Source of the DNA: Octopus sinensis
Taxonomy: Eukaryota
DNA: 64,000 bases
Assembly: GCF_006345805.1 (NCBI RefSeq)
Contig: NC_042997.1
Span: 107,942,001 to 108,006,000 of the forward strand
Reading direction: 5' to 3'
Positions 10,841 to 22,759 of the stretch are shown one piece after another. The notes beneath the pieces are model-generated. The model did no database searches. It was given only the letters and a program-made list of their open reading frames with translations, and was not told the DNA's origin. The position numbers and the translations under genes are program-made. Position 1 is the first letter of the stretch. Each line of letters starts with the position of its first letter.

Positions 10841-13800
10841 TTTATATTTTCTTCTTCTTTCAAATTTCCTTCCATTTCTTGCCGTGTGTCTTCCCGACTC
10901 CTAGGGCAAAGAAACTCATAGTATACATTGGTAGGCCATTAAACTAAACTCACTAGTTCGTTCATTTTTTAAATTTCTTTGTTGTTTTTTTATAGAAATA
11001 AAGTTAAATTAAAATACATGGGTAGTAATAGTTCTCACATCGACAATGCTCTTCTCAATACGTGTGATGTACCAGTTAAGACAATCTTTTGTACTTCTTG
11101 CAGGGATGGTAAGCCAGGGATCATTCTCATATAATTTTCGGTTCCATTCTTGATCATTCCTAGTGCTCCTACGATCACTGGTATTGTAACCGCATTGAGA
11201 TGCTACAGTTTTTCGATTTCAATGAGCAGGTCTTTATATTTTCTGAGCTTGTCAAATTCTTTCGCTGAGATATTATGATCACAGGGGATGCTCATGTCAA
11301 CCAATAAGCAAACTTTATTGTTTTGGTTTTTCACAACAATATCCGGTTTATTGGCTTTGATGGTTCGGTCTGTATGTACTGGAAAGTCCCACAGAATCGT
11401 TACATTTTCTCCTTCAGTTACAGCTTCAGGGTGGTGATTATACCACTTGTCGGCAGTTTTGATATTATAATGCCGACTAATTAGCCAGTGTAGATATTGG
11501 CCAACTCTGTCATGTCTTAATTTATACTCCACTGGTGCTAAGACTTTACATCCAGAGATTAGGAGGCCTCGACCTCCTTGGGCTCTAGGGAGGTAAAGGC
11601 GATCTACGTCTGCCTTTGGGTGGTGCATCCTATTACAACTCAGCAGCTTGCATATTTTCCTATCTATTTTCTTTACTTCACTCATATTCCAGTTCAACAC
11701 ATTGAAGCTATAAGTAACAACTGGAACTGCTAAGGAATTTATAGCTAACACCTTGTTACGTGCATTTAGTTCAGATTTCAGGACTGCTCGGACTCTCCTA
11801 TAACATTCCTTCCTGATCTTCTCTTTCATGCTTGCATACTGAATACCAGAGCCTTCATTTATCCCTAAATATTTGTAGGTTTGTTCTTGCTCAAGCTCTC
11901 TTATAACTGTGTCAACATCTAACACGACTGAATTTGTGGTCTTCACTTTCCCTTTCTGGAAAGTGGCCTTGGCACACTTCTCAAGCCCAAACTCCATCCC
12001 GATGTCATCACTGAATGCTTTCACAGTGCGCAATAGGCCTTCAAGTTCATTATCGTCTTTACCATAGAGTTTTAAGTCATCCATATAAAATAGATGGCTT
12101 ATTTTTTTATTGACAATTTTATACCCATACCCTGTTCTGTTTAATTCACTTGTAAGGGGTATTAGGGCTATGCAGAATATTAGAGGTGAAAGTGAGTCAC
12201 CTTGAAAAATGCCACAGTTGATGTTTATATTCTCTGAGGCAAGTACTCCATTACAGTAGTATAATTGGAGATTCGTATTCCACAACGACATATTATGCTT
12301 CAGGAAGCTTGAAATCACAGGGGAAATTTTGAAGATGTCCAGCGATTTCAAGATCCATGAATGTGGTATACTGTCGAAGGCCTTTTATAGTCAATCCATG
12401 CGGAGCTGAGATTTCTGCGCTTGTGGTGACAGTTCTCAAGGATCATACGATTAATTAGCAGTTGATCTTTGCATCCGTATGAGCCTCGGCGGCACCCTTT
12501 TTGTTCAATGGGGAAAATATCGTTCTTCTCCATGAATGCATATGTTTTCTCCGCCAGGATAGATGTTAGGATTTTATACGTGGTGGATAAACAGGTTATA
12601 CGCCGATAGTTTTTTGGAAGTTTGGTTTCGTTATTCTTTGGGAGTAGGTAAGTAATACCACTTGCTAACCATTCAGGTGTTTTCTTTGGGTCTCTCATAA
12701 TTCCATTGAGCAGCTGAACTAGCTTACCGTGTGCGCATGGGAGCGATGAGAGCCAGAAATTCGGTACCCTATCTTTACCGGGGGATTTTCAATTATGGGC
12801 CTTCGTGAGTGCCTTTCTTAGGTCTGCTATTGTGATGTCTTCTCATGCTTGTTGTTGTAAATTTTGGTTGGATCCTTCTGTTTGTATAATCCAGTCTGCA
12901 TTTATGTTGTACGTCTTCTCGTCACTCCAAATCCTTTTCCAAAAGTTTTGAACTTCTTCCATGGGAGGGGGGTCTTTAACGGTTACTTTCTCCTTCCCCA
13001 TTTCTCTGTAGACTTTTTTGGCATTGGATGGGAACAGCTTATTTTGCTTGTAAAACTTGTTTCTCTTTTCAAATATTCGTATTCTTTGAGCTTTTACTTG
13101 GAATTTTTGTTTCAGCGTTTCTTTTATTGATATCAGTTCTTCTCTTGGTGAAGATCCAAATTTTCTCTTTATCTTTCTTCCTGTTCTGGATCTTACATCA
13201 TTTCCACATATTAGTTCATTTAATATTGATATTTCCCCTCTCATAAATTCAATCTCTTTTTCAATTTTACTTCTCCAGGTTTGATTTCTTCCCAGGTTTG
13301 GTTTTCTTTGTTTTTTCGGGGGCATACAGCTGGTTTCAATTGCCCTAGCAGAAGCGTAAATAATTTCATTTAACTCAGTAAAATCAGGTTTTAATTCTTG
13401 TATTATTTCATTTGTTACATAGTTGCCAATTTTGATTTTGTTTTTTATTTTGGTTTGTATTTGAGAGTTTATGAAGTGGTTCTCTATCATTCATACTTGT
13501 ATGTCTTACAACTTCAAGCGTATTCAGGATTTTCTGCCTCATTTCTGCCATAGACTCTCTGTGTTCTTCAGCATATGCGAGATCTTCAGTTACTGTTGTT
13601 TTATCATTTTCCTGACTATCTTTAACAGGTTCAATAGAATTTCTTGTATCTTCAGGCCTTTGCGTGCTTTGGTCAGATGACAGTCTTTCGATTAAGCCTC
13701 GTGGCGGGCTATTCTGTTCATATGATTCTTCATTTCCTTTGTGTCTTATATTTATGTCATTTTCCGTTGCGTGCTTGATCGCGCTTATTTCACTGTCTGT

Positions 13801-14365
13801 GAGTCTGTTATTTCTAAGGATACCCCTCCTCACATTTGCCAATTTGTTCTCGCCCAAATAGGGTCTACTGTCTTGATTCCGTGTTCTCCATATACTGTAA
13901 GAGTTTGCGGTGTGTATCTCTTGAGATGGCCTACCTAATGCATAGTAATAAGCGTATATTACTTCTTTATACTCTTCTCGGGTCCATTTGTTCCGCTTAC
14001 ATTTTTATTTCTGTGGTGGTTGTGGTGGTGAACTTGGAGGGCTCGAGTTGGGGAATTTCCCGTTCAAGTGACCATCCATGTCCGTATTCGGAGAAGAGTT
14101 TGTGCCAGTTGATGACTTTTCGATCCCAGGCTGGCTCTTCCCTGAGGGACGCGCTTCCAGATTAACCATAGGACAAATGAGTTGGTATACTGATTTAGTT
14201 TTCCTTTTAGTTTCCAAAAACATTTTGGTGCTACGATAATGTTATCATTTTTGAGCTCTGAGTGGCTCGCGGGGAGACGGCCATCATTGCCGTTACAATT
14301 ATAATCGTACCATTATAGCAGCCGTAGCCGGCCTGTGGTCACTCCTTGTAGTCATGGCAACAGTA
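10841..14365 (-). mobile_element. Apparently full-length R4/Dong-like retrotransposon, family E, flanked by (TTA)n on both sides; inactive
   Basis: N-terminal Myb-like RNKWTREEYKEVIYAYYYA (about 13990-13940). ORF pieces 14005-14223, 13408-13857, 12843-13490, 12348-12698 and 11203-12351 (IFQGDSLSP, YMDDLKLY, RHD, KANKPDIVV, DMSIPCD, KY). (TTA)n at 10757-10840 and 14366-14382. Confidence 0.9.
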
Positions 14366-14982
14366 TATTATTATTATTATTTAGAGGAAGGAGAGGGCAG
14401 GTTGGCAGTAGATAGGCAGGATGGCAGTCATACAGTTAGATATCGTTAGTCTATAAATAGACTCAATAGGAGTAGGCGAGGGGTGAAAGAGTGATTGTAC
14501 CCATGTGGTCCAGCAAAGGATCGGTCAGCAGAGGTCAAATATGTGTTTACTACCAACTCACCTTGTGCGTTTTAATTACCGATAGAAAGACAGAAATAAA
14601 ATACACACACTCACACTCACATATATATAATTTCTATATATATAAATTGCTTAAATTAGTTATCCGGCGGCGTTTAAGAGTGTTCTTGTAGAAATTTCTG
14701 GGGTTTTTTCATATTTGGCTATTCACACTACAATGTATATATTAAAGATGATCGTTTGTGTGTGTTTAGCAATTAAAAATTTCTTTTTTCCATAAGATTG
14801 TAGATATTAAAGTTTTTAAAGATGATCATTTGTGTGTTCGTCCAGAGAAAACTGAATATAATCAAGTTTTTAAGCCTGTAAATTGTTTAAGTAAAGATAG
14901 CCAGAGGCGTTTAAGAGAAATTTTTTACATATTTGGCTATTCACAGTAGAGTGTAGATATTAAAGTTCTTAAAGATGATCAT

Positions 14983-15081
14983 TTGTGGCTGCAGTGGCTG
15001 CTGCATATACTAAGTCATTTAGCTCAGTGATATTGCTATTTGTTTCAGTGGCTATTAGTTCCGTGACGGCTAGGTTTATGC

Positions 15082-15085
<4 letters not shown>
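14983..15085 (-). mobile_element. About 100-bp internal fragment of family D
   Basis: Near-identical to about 10510-10613; followed by (TTA)n. Confidence 0.8.
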
Positions 15086-15128
<43 letters not shown>

Positions 15129-15163
15129 GTTGTTGTTGTTGCTGTTGTTGTTGTTATTAATGA

Positions 15164-15296
15164 TATTCCGCCGAAATCAACTTTGACCTTCAGCCTTTCG
15201 GTGTCGATTAAATAAGTACCAGGTACGCACTGGGGTCGGTGTGATCGACTTAACCTCTTCCCCCAAGCTTGCCTCGTAGCAAAAAGTTGAAATCAT
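15164..15296 (+). mobile_element. Partial SINE S2
   Basis: ATTCCGCCGAAATCAACTTTG...GTCGATTAAATAAGTACCAG..GCACTGGGGTCG core. Confidence 0.7.
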
Positions 15297-15319
15297 TATT
15301 ATTATCATTGTTATTATCA

Positions 15320-15600
15320 TATGAAAACTTTCATCTTATTTTGCTGGGTATGATGGGATGTGTAAGCTGTCCAAAGCCAGCAGAGTAAGGTGACACTTGT
15401 TTATTGGTCAGGCTTCAAGAACTCTGCGAACTATTCTTCCAGTTCCAAGTAATATTGATTTTTGTAGGTGTTTTACCTGCACCAATCTTTTTCAGCCATG
15501 ATGGTAGTTGAGTGCTTATACTTCCAAATGCACCAATTACTACTTTTGGTATCACGTCTACTCTCTTCATTGACCACAACCTTCGTATTTCCAACTTAAA
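15320..15600 (-). mobile_element. Old R4-like 3' end fragment
   Basis: Decayed reading RLWSMKRVDVIPK-VIGAFGSIS...LQKSILLGTGRIVRRVLE. Confidence 0.6.
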
Positions 15601-15624
15601 ATTATTGTTATTATTATTATAATG

Positions 15625-16147
15625 GTTTCTGATCTTAAATGATTGGAAGTGTTATCATGTACATTGTTTTGTCTTGGTATAAAAGATGGGCTACAGCAAA
15701 TATTCTGCTCAATACCACAGATTTGCTTGTCAGTTGTTTGATCTTAACCAGTTGACCATGTCCCTTATTGGCTGACGATATGTGCATCTCTGATCACGAG
15801 CAGAAGTAGTGGGGGAACATCATAGCCATGTGTTGAGAGGGATTCTTCGGGGTTTGAATAATTCACCTCTGGAAACATGGGTTGTTCTTTCAACATTCTT
15901 AAACAACCCTTATTCAGAGACCTTTTGAGCGGGATGGGCTACTCAACCTGAAGAAAATTCTAACTGGGCCCCACCTGCAAGGTCATGTGCTGTTTATCTT
16001 GATATGAGATCACCATGTCGCGCACATATGGTTGTGATGCATGTGCCTGGTGTACCCTTATCAGACGGGTAGTCATGATGGGTATATTGGGCTTCGTATA
16101 TTTTACCCCAGTGTCACTTTGATGGCATGAACTGCTCTCTCACTCAA
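15625..16147 (+). mobile_element. SINE-like element, family G (longer copy) with (TAA)n tail
   Basis: The 3' part is the reverse complement of 6641-6989; followed by (TAA)n at 16148-16220. Confidence 0.75.
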
Positions 16148-16149
16148 TG

Positions 16150-16220
<71 letters not shown>

Positions 16221-16689
16221 TATTATTATTATTATTGTTATTTGTTAGCGAATTAACTAATCAATCGTTTCATCAATCATTTGTTTAATCAATCTTGTAA
16301 TTCAGAGTCCTTCAGTCACAGTCTGCGTCCTTATCCATGACCTGACCCCTTCTGCTCTACTTCACTCATCAATTGATTTTTCTGTGTTTTACCTCATTAT
16401 TCAGAGTTTATAAAACCTGAGTATTGTGTGTGTATATGTGCGTGTGTGTCTGTGTATTTGTATGTGCTTTGTGCCTTTGTATATATATGCGTGTGTGCTA
16501 TGTGCGTATGTGATCAAGCTTTTATATTATTCGTTTTTGTTTCTCAATTCTCGGTGATTTCCAGATTTCAGCTGTGTATGTAAATACACTCACAAACGCA
16601 CTTATACATACATACACGTATATAAACGCGTATACACACACAAACACATATACGTACATACATAAATACAAACGTATGTTTGTATGTAT

Positions 16690-17231
16690 ACGTGCAGGTT
16701 TGTATGTTTTGTTTTATGCCTGTCTTCTCATGCATATACTTGCATGTCTAGACATGCTCATATATACTTAAATGATAAACTTCTGGACGGTCTTACAGAT
16801 TTTTACAGTTCCAGTGATGGATTGGATCCGTTGTCTTCGAATTAGCTTTCTTCTTTCTGGTTTTGAGAAACCTAATTTCTTAAGATTGCTATTTAGGCAG
16901 TGTGTTACATATCACAAGACCCCAATAATTACAATTATAAATCTGAACTTGTAATCTGGATAGAGTGACTGGAGATTTCTCCATAGTTCAGCATAGGTGT
17001 TCTCTTTTTCACTGATCTTCAGCTTTATGTTAACATCCACTGGGCAGTTAATTTCCACAACTGTGCACAGTTTCTCTTCTCTTTCTCAAATCATTATATC
17101 AGGTTTGTTGTGTTTACATTTTACTGAGGTTTTCACTAGGACATTCCACCAGCATTCCTTTTCATTATGAGTGGCTACAGCTTCTACCATACTGTGGGTT
17201 CTTATACGTTTGTCCTCGGGATTATCCTTCC
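16690..17231 (-). mobile_element. 5'-truncated R4-like element, family H (RLE 3' end)
   Basis: KECWWNVLVKTSVKCKHNKPDIMI-EREEKLCTVVEINCPVDVNI...EKENTYAELWRNLQSLYPDYKF. Homologous to 33975-34190 and 20914-21230. The 5' junction abuts a (CATA)n tract. Confidence 0.85.
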
Positions 17232-17232
17232 G

Positions 17233-17287
17233 ATGTATGTATGTATGTATGTATGTATGTATGTATGTATGTATGTATGTATGTATG
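17233..17287. repeat. (ATGT)n = (CATA)n on the minus strand
   Basis: Direct reading. Confidence 0.95.
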
Positions 17288-18185
17288 TTTTAAGTTCCCA
17301 CAACAAGTGAGTAACTGTTAGTCTCGGATCAAAACTTTTCCTTCAAGGTTAAGTCATGGAAAATGTTTTGATCACTGTCAGACCACATAACCTCTTCATA
17401 TCGGACTGAATTTTTTTCAAAACAATTGTTAGGATGATTCAGAAGTCGCATCCCACTCCATTCAGTGCATGCGCGTAGGAATTTTTAAGTTGAAAGCTAA
17501 AATTTTATAAGGTAAATTTTAATATACAGACATTCCGCACCACAAACAAAAATAGGAATCTCCTCACTAGCCATATAATTAAGATCACATAGTTACACTC
17601 CTATGAAAGAAATTCTATCACAGAAACCCTGCTTTTGAAGCTGGAAGCTCATGCAAGAACCTCATGGCATGCCCACTAAATGAATCATCTAGCACAGAAG
17701 CCATCATTTATAAGAAAGAGTTCAAAGCTATGGACGCAAACCAGAATATAAACCTTACACGATATATATAGACTGACTGAATGATCCTTCAAGTAGAAAT
17801 TTTACCACCACACCACGTCTTTCAGAAACTTCGCAAAACAGAATGCTATAAAGCTTGCACTCATAGTTAAGATCGTATTTCATAGTTAACAGGAAACTAT
17901 ATAAAATCTAACGAAGGCAGTAATAAAATAATAATATCGAATAAATAAAAATAGAGAACTAGATGAATGAATAATGGAAAAAAAAACTAATTAAAAATAT
18001 AAAGTTAAAAGCCTTCCGATTAATTATCGGTCACGTGTGAAAAAGAGATGGGAGGATAATTAATCTACTAATTCAATGAAATAACTAACTGAAGGCAAAC
18101 AGTTTATATTTGAATCAGTTGAAGTGTAAGCTAAATTGTGTGTGTGTATTTGTGCGTGTGTTTATGTGTATGTGTGTGTGTGTGT

Positions 18186-18236
<51 letters not shown>

Positions 18237-18339
18237 TGTGTTCCTTAAATATAAGGAAATATTTCTTTTGAAAAAGTAATAATGACATAAAGGAAAGAAG
18301 AAATTATTATTTTTAAATCAAGAATTTTCTTATTAATTA

Positions 18340-18598
18340 TACTTTTTATTCTTTTACTTGTTTCAGTCATTTGACTGCGGCCGTGCTGGAGCACCACCTT
18401 TAGTCGAACAAATCGACCCCAGGACTTATTCTTTGTAAACCTAGTACTTATTCTATCGTGTTCTTTTGCCGAGCTGCTAAGTTACGGGGACGTAAACACA
18501 CCAACATCGGTTGTCAAGCGATGGTTGGGGACAAACACAGATACAAATAACACACACACATACACACGCACGCACGCACACACACACACACACACACA

Positions 18599-18629
<31 letters not shown>

Positions 18630-18672
18630 GCGACCATGTGGTTGGGAAGCAAGCTTCTTACCACACAGCCAC
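18340..18672 (-). mobile_element. SINE S1, internally deleted copy
   Basis: Tail TACTTGTTTCAGTCATTTGACTGCGGCCGTGCTGGAGCACC. The head joins the internal (CA/TA)n directly. Confidence 0.8.
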
Positions 18673-19535
18673 AAAATTCAGTGGATGAGGCAATAAGTTA
18701 TCAGCAAATCCATGAAGGGGCCAGCGGTAAGAAATATTTGCCGATCCCTGATTTAAAAAAATGAACTTATTTTAATTTCATTTCTCTCAAGTAATATATT
18801 CCTTTCGACCGTTTCATATGGCTTAGATTAAAGTCTTACAATGAATTCAATTTAATGGATTTTGTTCATTTTCTTTTAGACTATGCCCCCCAGCATTGAT
18901 ATCTTGCTAACACAGTATTTCGTTCGATGTTGTCTTCAGTCATCTTTTGGTGATTGAATGAGACAAGTCAGTGATTAAACTAAAATTTACTTCCATCAAC
19001 TGAGTTTGCTATTAACGCCTTTGTTATTTTCCCCCACAGAACTTAGTTACAAAATTACTACTTTTTTAAATTTAAGAGTATCTCCAAACAGACGAAAACT
19101 GGTTTTGCTTAGTTTAAACTGTTCTTGTTCAAACAAATGTTAATTCGATTGTCATGACAACGTCGACATTTCATAGAACTGCCACGTTATTTATTTATTT
19201 CACAGAAGCAGCAATAATACCATATAAATGGCTATAATCCGGAGCGACGTATGGTCAGAAGATACAGCTGGCAAAATAATAATGGAGAAAGTTGACGTGT
19301 CATTATATTTCTGATTTGTTTGTCTTAGAGAAATAAATCTCGAATTTGTTGAATAATCGTCAAACTGCGAAACAAAATCTGTTTTACAGCAACTAAATAT
19401 TATTTGCTAAGTTAACCTGATGGGAAAGATATTTATGCATTGTGAATAATTTAAATATCAAAACATCTATTATGATTTTTTAGTAGCATTTAATAATCTA
19501 CTTTAACAGACATAAACATTCTCTCTTTCTAGATC

Positions 19536-19545
<10 letters not shown>

Positions 19546-19566
<21 letters not shown>

Positions 19567-19651
19567 CTTCTTCTTCTTCTTCTTCTTCTTCTTCTTCTTC
19601 TTCTTCTTCTTCTTCTTCTTCTTCTTCTTCTTCTTCTTCTTCTTCTTCTTC
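19546..19651. repeat. (TTC)n microsatellite followed by (CT/CTGT)n
   Basis: Direct reading. Confidence 0.95.
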
Positions 19652-19742
19652 TCTCTGTCTGTCTGTCTCTCTCTCTTTGTCTCTCTGTCTCCCTCTGTCT
19701 GTCTGTCTTTCTCTCCCTCTCTCCCTTTCCGCTCAATATATA

Positions 19743-20372
19743 CGGGTCGGATAAAAGAATGAAAACACTTTTTTGGTCCACCTTTCGCATCAATCATGGC
19801 TTTAAGGCGTCGAGGAATTGCCTCGTACAGGTTCCAAACAGTTGATGGAGAAATTTTGAACCGCTCTTCAAGTAAAATCCGCTTTAGCTCTTTCATCGAC
19901 AGTGGTGGAGGCAAATGGCTCCTTGCCTACTGCTCCAAAATACTTCATCAATTCTCAATCACATAGAAATCCAGTGATTTGAGGTAGGGATGGGGTGCGG
20001 GTAACCCAAGTGCTCTTCAATTTTGTGCCCTTCATACCAGTTTTGAATAACACTAGCCATGTGAAATGGCGCATTATCGTTCTGGAAGATTGTGCTAGTA
20101 TCAGGGAACAATGCTTGTGCTATGGTTATTCAAAGTACTCAGCCCTTGGCGTTAACTTTGCCATGTAAAACAACGAAGGGGTTAAGGGAATTCCGTGATA
20201 TGGCCACTGAAGTCATCAGAGAACGACGATAGATACAGAAAAAAGGAGTGCTGGAGGGCTTTCTCAGACATACACAATGCATATCAATACATACATAAAG
20301 ACTAGAACAATTTTGAATTTGTCCATATTACCAACAGTTAAGTGGGATTTTCATTATTTTGTCCGACCTCTG
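19743..20372 (-). mobile_element. Internally deleted Tc1-like DNA transposon
   Basis: Imperfect TIRs of about 30 bp (CGGGTCGGATAAAAGAATGAAAACACTT and its counterpart ending GTCCGACCTCTG) flanked by TA. Minus-strand remnants FQNDNAPFHMAS...PPPLSMKELKRILLEERFKI...IPRRLKAMIDAKGGP match the Tc1 DDE C-terminus. Confidence 0.85.
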
Positions 20373-20489
20373 TATATATGCGTATTTGTAAATATTTTTG
20401 TATTTAAGTATGTATGCATATGTTATTTTTTCTTTATATCTTACTGGTTTTAGCCAAAGACTGGGGCCATGCTGGGGCACCGCCTTTCC

Positions 20490-20900
20490 TTGTACTTGGG
20501 TTCCTTTTCTGTACTATTTCTGATGAAGTAGCGAGTTGGACGGGGCTGCTTCTCTCTGTGCCTCCTGTCACATGTACACCTCGCAAATTTCTGTGGCTGT
20601 TTGGCAGAATATTGAATAGCTGTGAATCCTTAACATTCAAGTTGTAACAGAACTGGTTCCTAATTCCAGATGGAGAAGACGTGTTCTTCGGTGCTATCAA
20701 GTGCTGTCTGATTGATATAACTTTCAATTCCAAACTTGGGAGCGCGACCTTCCAGGATCTTCCGTATGTGTATTATTGCATATTTTTCATGCCATCTCTC
20801 TAGACAGATGGGTTTCAGTTCCTTTAGCTTCTCCCAGTAGTTCTGTTGCACCGATTCAATCTTCTTTGCTTAGTGGCACTGGATTGTCCCGAGTTCCGCC
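20490..20900 (-). mobile_element. Decayed CR1/L2-group LINE 3' ORF2 fragment
   Basis: IESVQQNYWEKLKEL...KYAIIHIRKILEGRAPKFGI...LFNILPNSHRNLRG resembles the post-RT region of CR1/L2-type LINEs. Confidence 0.6.
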
Positions 20901-20913
20901 ACCAGTTTGGATA

Positions 20914-21230
20914 CAGTGAAAAAAGAGAACAGCTATGCTGAATCATTGAGAAATCTCCAATTACTCAATCCAGATTACAAGTTCAGGTTTGTATCTGTAA
21001 TTATTGGGACCCTGGGATATGTAACACACTGCCTAAATACCAATCTTAAGAAATTAGGCTTCTCAAAACCAGAAACGAGAAAGCTAATTCGAAGACTACG
21101 GATCCAATCCATCTCTGGAACAGTAAAAATCTGTAAAACTTTCCAGGAGTTTATCATTTAAACATATATGATCATGTCTAGATATGTAACTATATGCATG
21201 AGAATACATACATAAAGTATACAAATCTGC
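20914..21230 (+). mobile_element. Family H 3' terminus followed by a long (CATA)n
   Basis: EKENSYAESLRNLQLLNPDYKFRFVSVIIGTLG...ISGTVKICKTFQEFII. The 3' UTR matches 16690-16790 (minus). Confidence 0.85.
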
Positions 21231-21313
21231 ACATACATACATACATACATACATACATACATACATACATACATACATACATACAAACGTACATACATAC
21301 ATACATACATACA

Positions 21314-21346
<33 letters not shown>

Positions 21347-21564
21347 GCATACATACATACATACCTACATACATACATGCATGCATACATACATACATAC
21401 ATACCTACATACATACATACATGCATGCATACATACATACATACATACATACATACATACACACATACATACATACATACATACATGCATGCATACATAC
21501 ATACATAAATACATGCATACATACATACATACATACATACATACATACATACATACATACATAC
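21231..21564. repeat. (CATA)n array with CATG variants
   Basis: Direct reading. Confidence 0.95.
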
Positions 21565-22005
21565 ACTCTAATTCAATCCCAATATCTGAAGTGGTTTGGC
21601 TAAAGCTATAAACTCTAATACTTGTACGTCTTGTGACCGACTAAACTAGAATCAGTCCCACTTAAGATGTGATATATGTTGTCTATGCGTTTTTCAATGT
21701 CGCAGTTTTTCTCAAGGCAGAAACAATTCTTAAAACGATTCGGGAATTAACACGGCGTGTGGTTTATCTATGAGGAGAGAGAACGCAGAAATATAATGTT
21801 TCGGAAATTCAAATATGTTCAAAGCCCTGCAAATATATTCCTAGAGAGAGAGATTAATCCATCAAGGTTGTAGAAGCAATTTATTAAACTAAACCTTGTA
21901 ACCTAAAACTGTTGCAAATATATGAGAAAAACTACTCCTTTCAGACTGTTTATATATTAACATCATAAAACTGATGACTTCTTTGTACACATATGCACTA
22001 TGCAC

Positions 22006-22077
<72 letters not shown>

Positions 22078-22169
22078 TAAATAATAAGGGTAAAATATTG
22101 ATATTAATTAGATTAATATCAATTTAAACCAATGGCCTAGCATATTGAAAAAAATCTGAAGATTCAGAA

Positions 22170-22219
22170 AATTATATTACATACATATATGTATATATAT
22201 GTGTATATATATATGTATG

Positions 22220-22318
<99 letters not shown>

Positions 22319-22420
22319 CATACATGCATACATACTTACATACATACGTACATACATACATACATGTATACATACATGCATGCATACATACATACATACA
22401 TACATACATACATACATACA

Positions 22421-22452
<32 letters not shown>

Positions 22453-22467
22453 GACATACATACATAC
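22170..22467. repeat. Compound (TA)n/(CATA)n microsatellite
   Basis: Direct reading. Confidence 0.9.
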
Positions 22468-22668
22468 ACTCTAATTCAATCAGATACTTGCAAATCCCGG
22501 AAACTGTCTTAATTCAAAAACCCCTATGTATATAAAATAGTCATATGTATAATACTTAATCTATATATACCGTCGATAGGTCAGTCACTTACGGTGTTTA
22601 GTGGTCCAGCATTAGGGCTTAAACGTATAAACGAATAAAAGAATATATATGTATGCATACACACACAC

Positions 22669-22759
<91 letters not shown>

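Noticed and set aside
12740-12840. Several TGG-to-TGA stops in retroelement ORFs, suggesting deaminase hypermutation
   Set aside because: TGG is one transition from a stop in two ways, TAG cases also occur, and the count is too small to infer a bias.
14440-14465. Palindromic AGTCTATAAATAGACT (TATA/MEF2-like) next to element E
   Set aside because: An isolated motif in AT-rich DNA with no downstream gene or second LTR-like copy.
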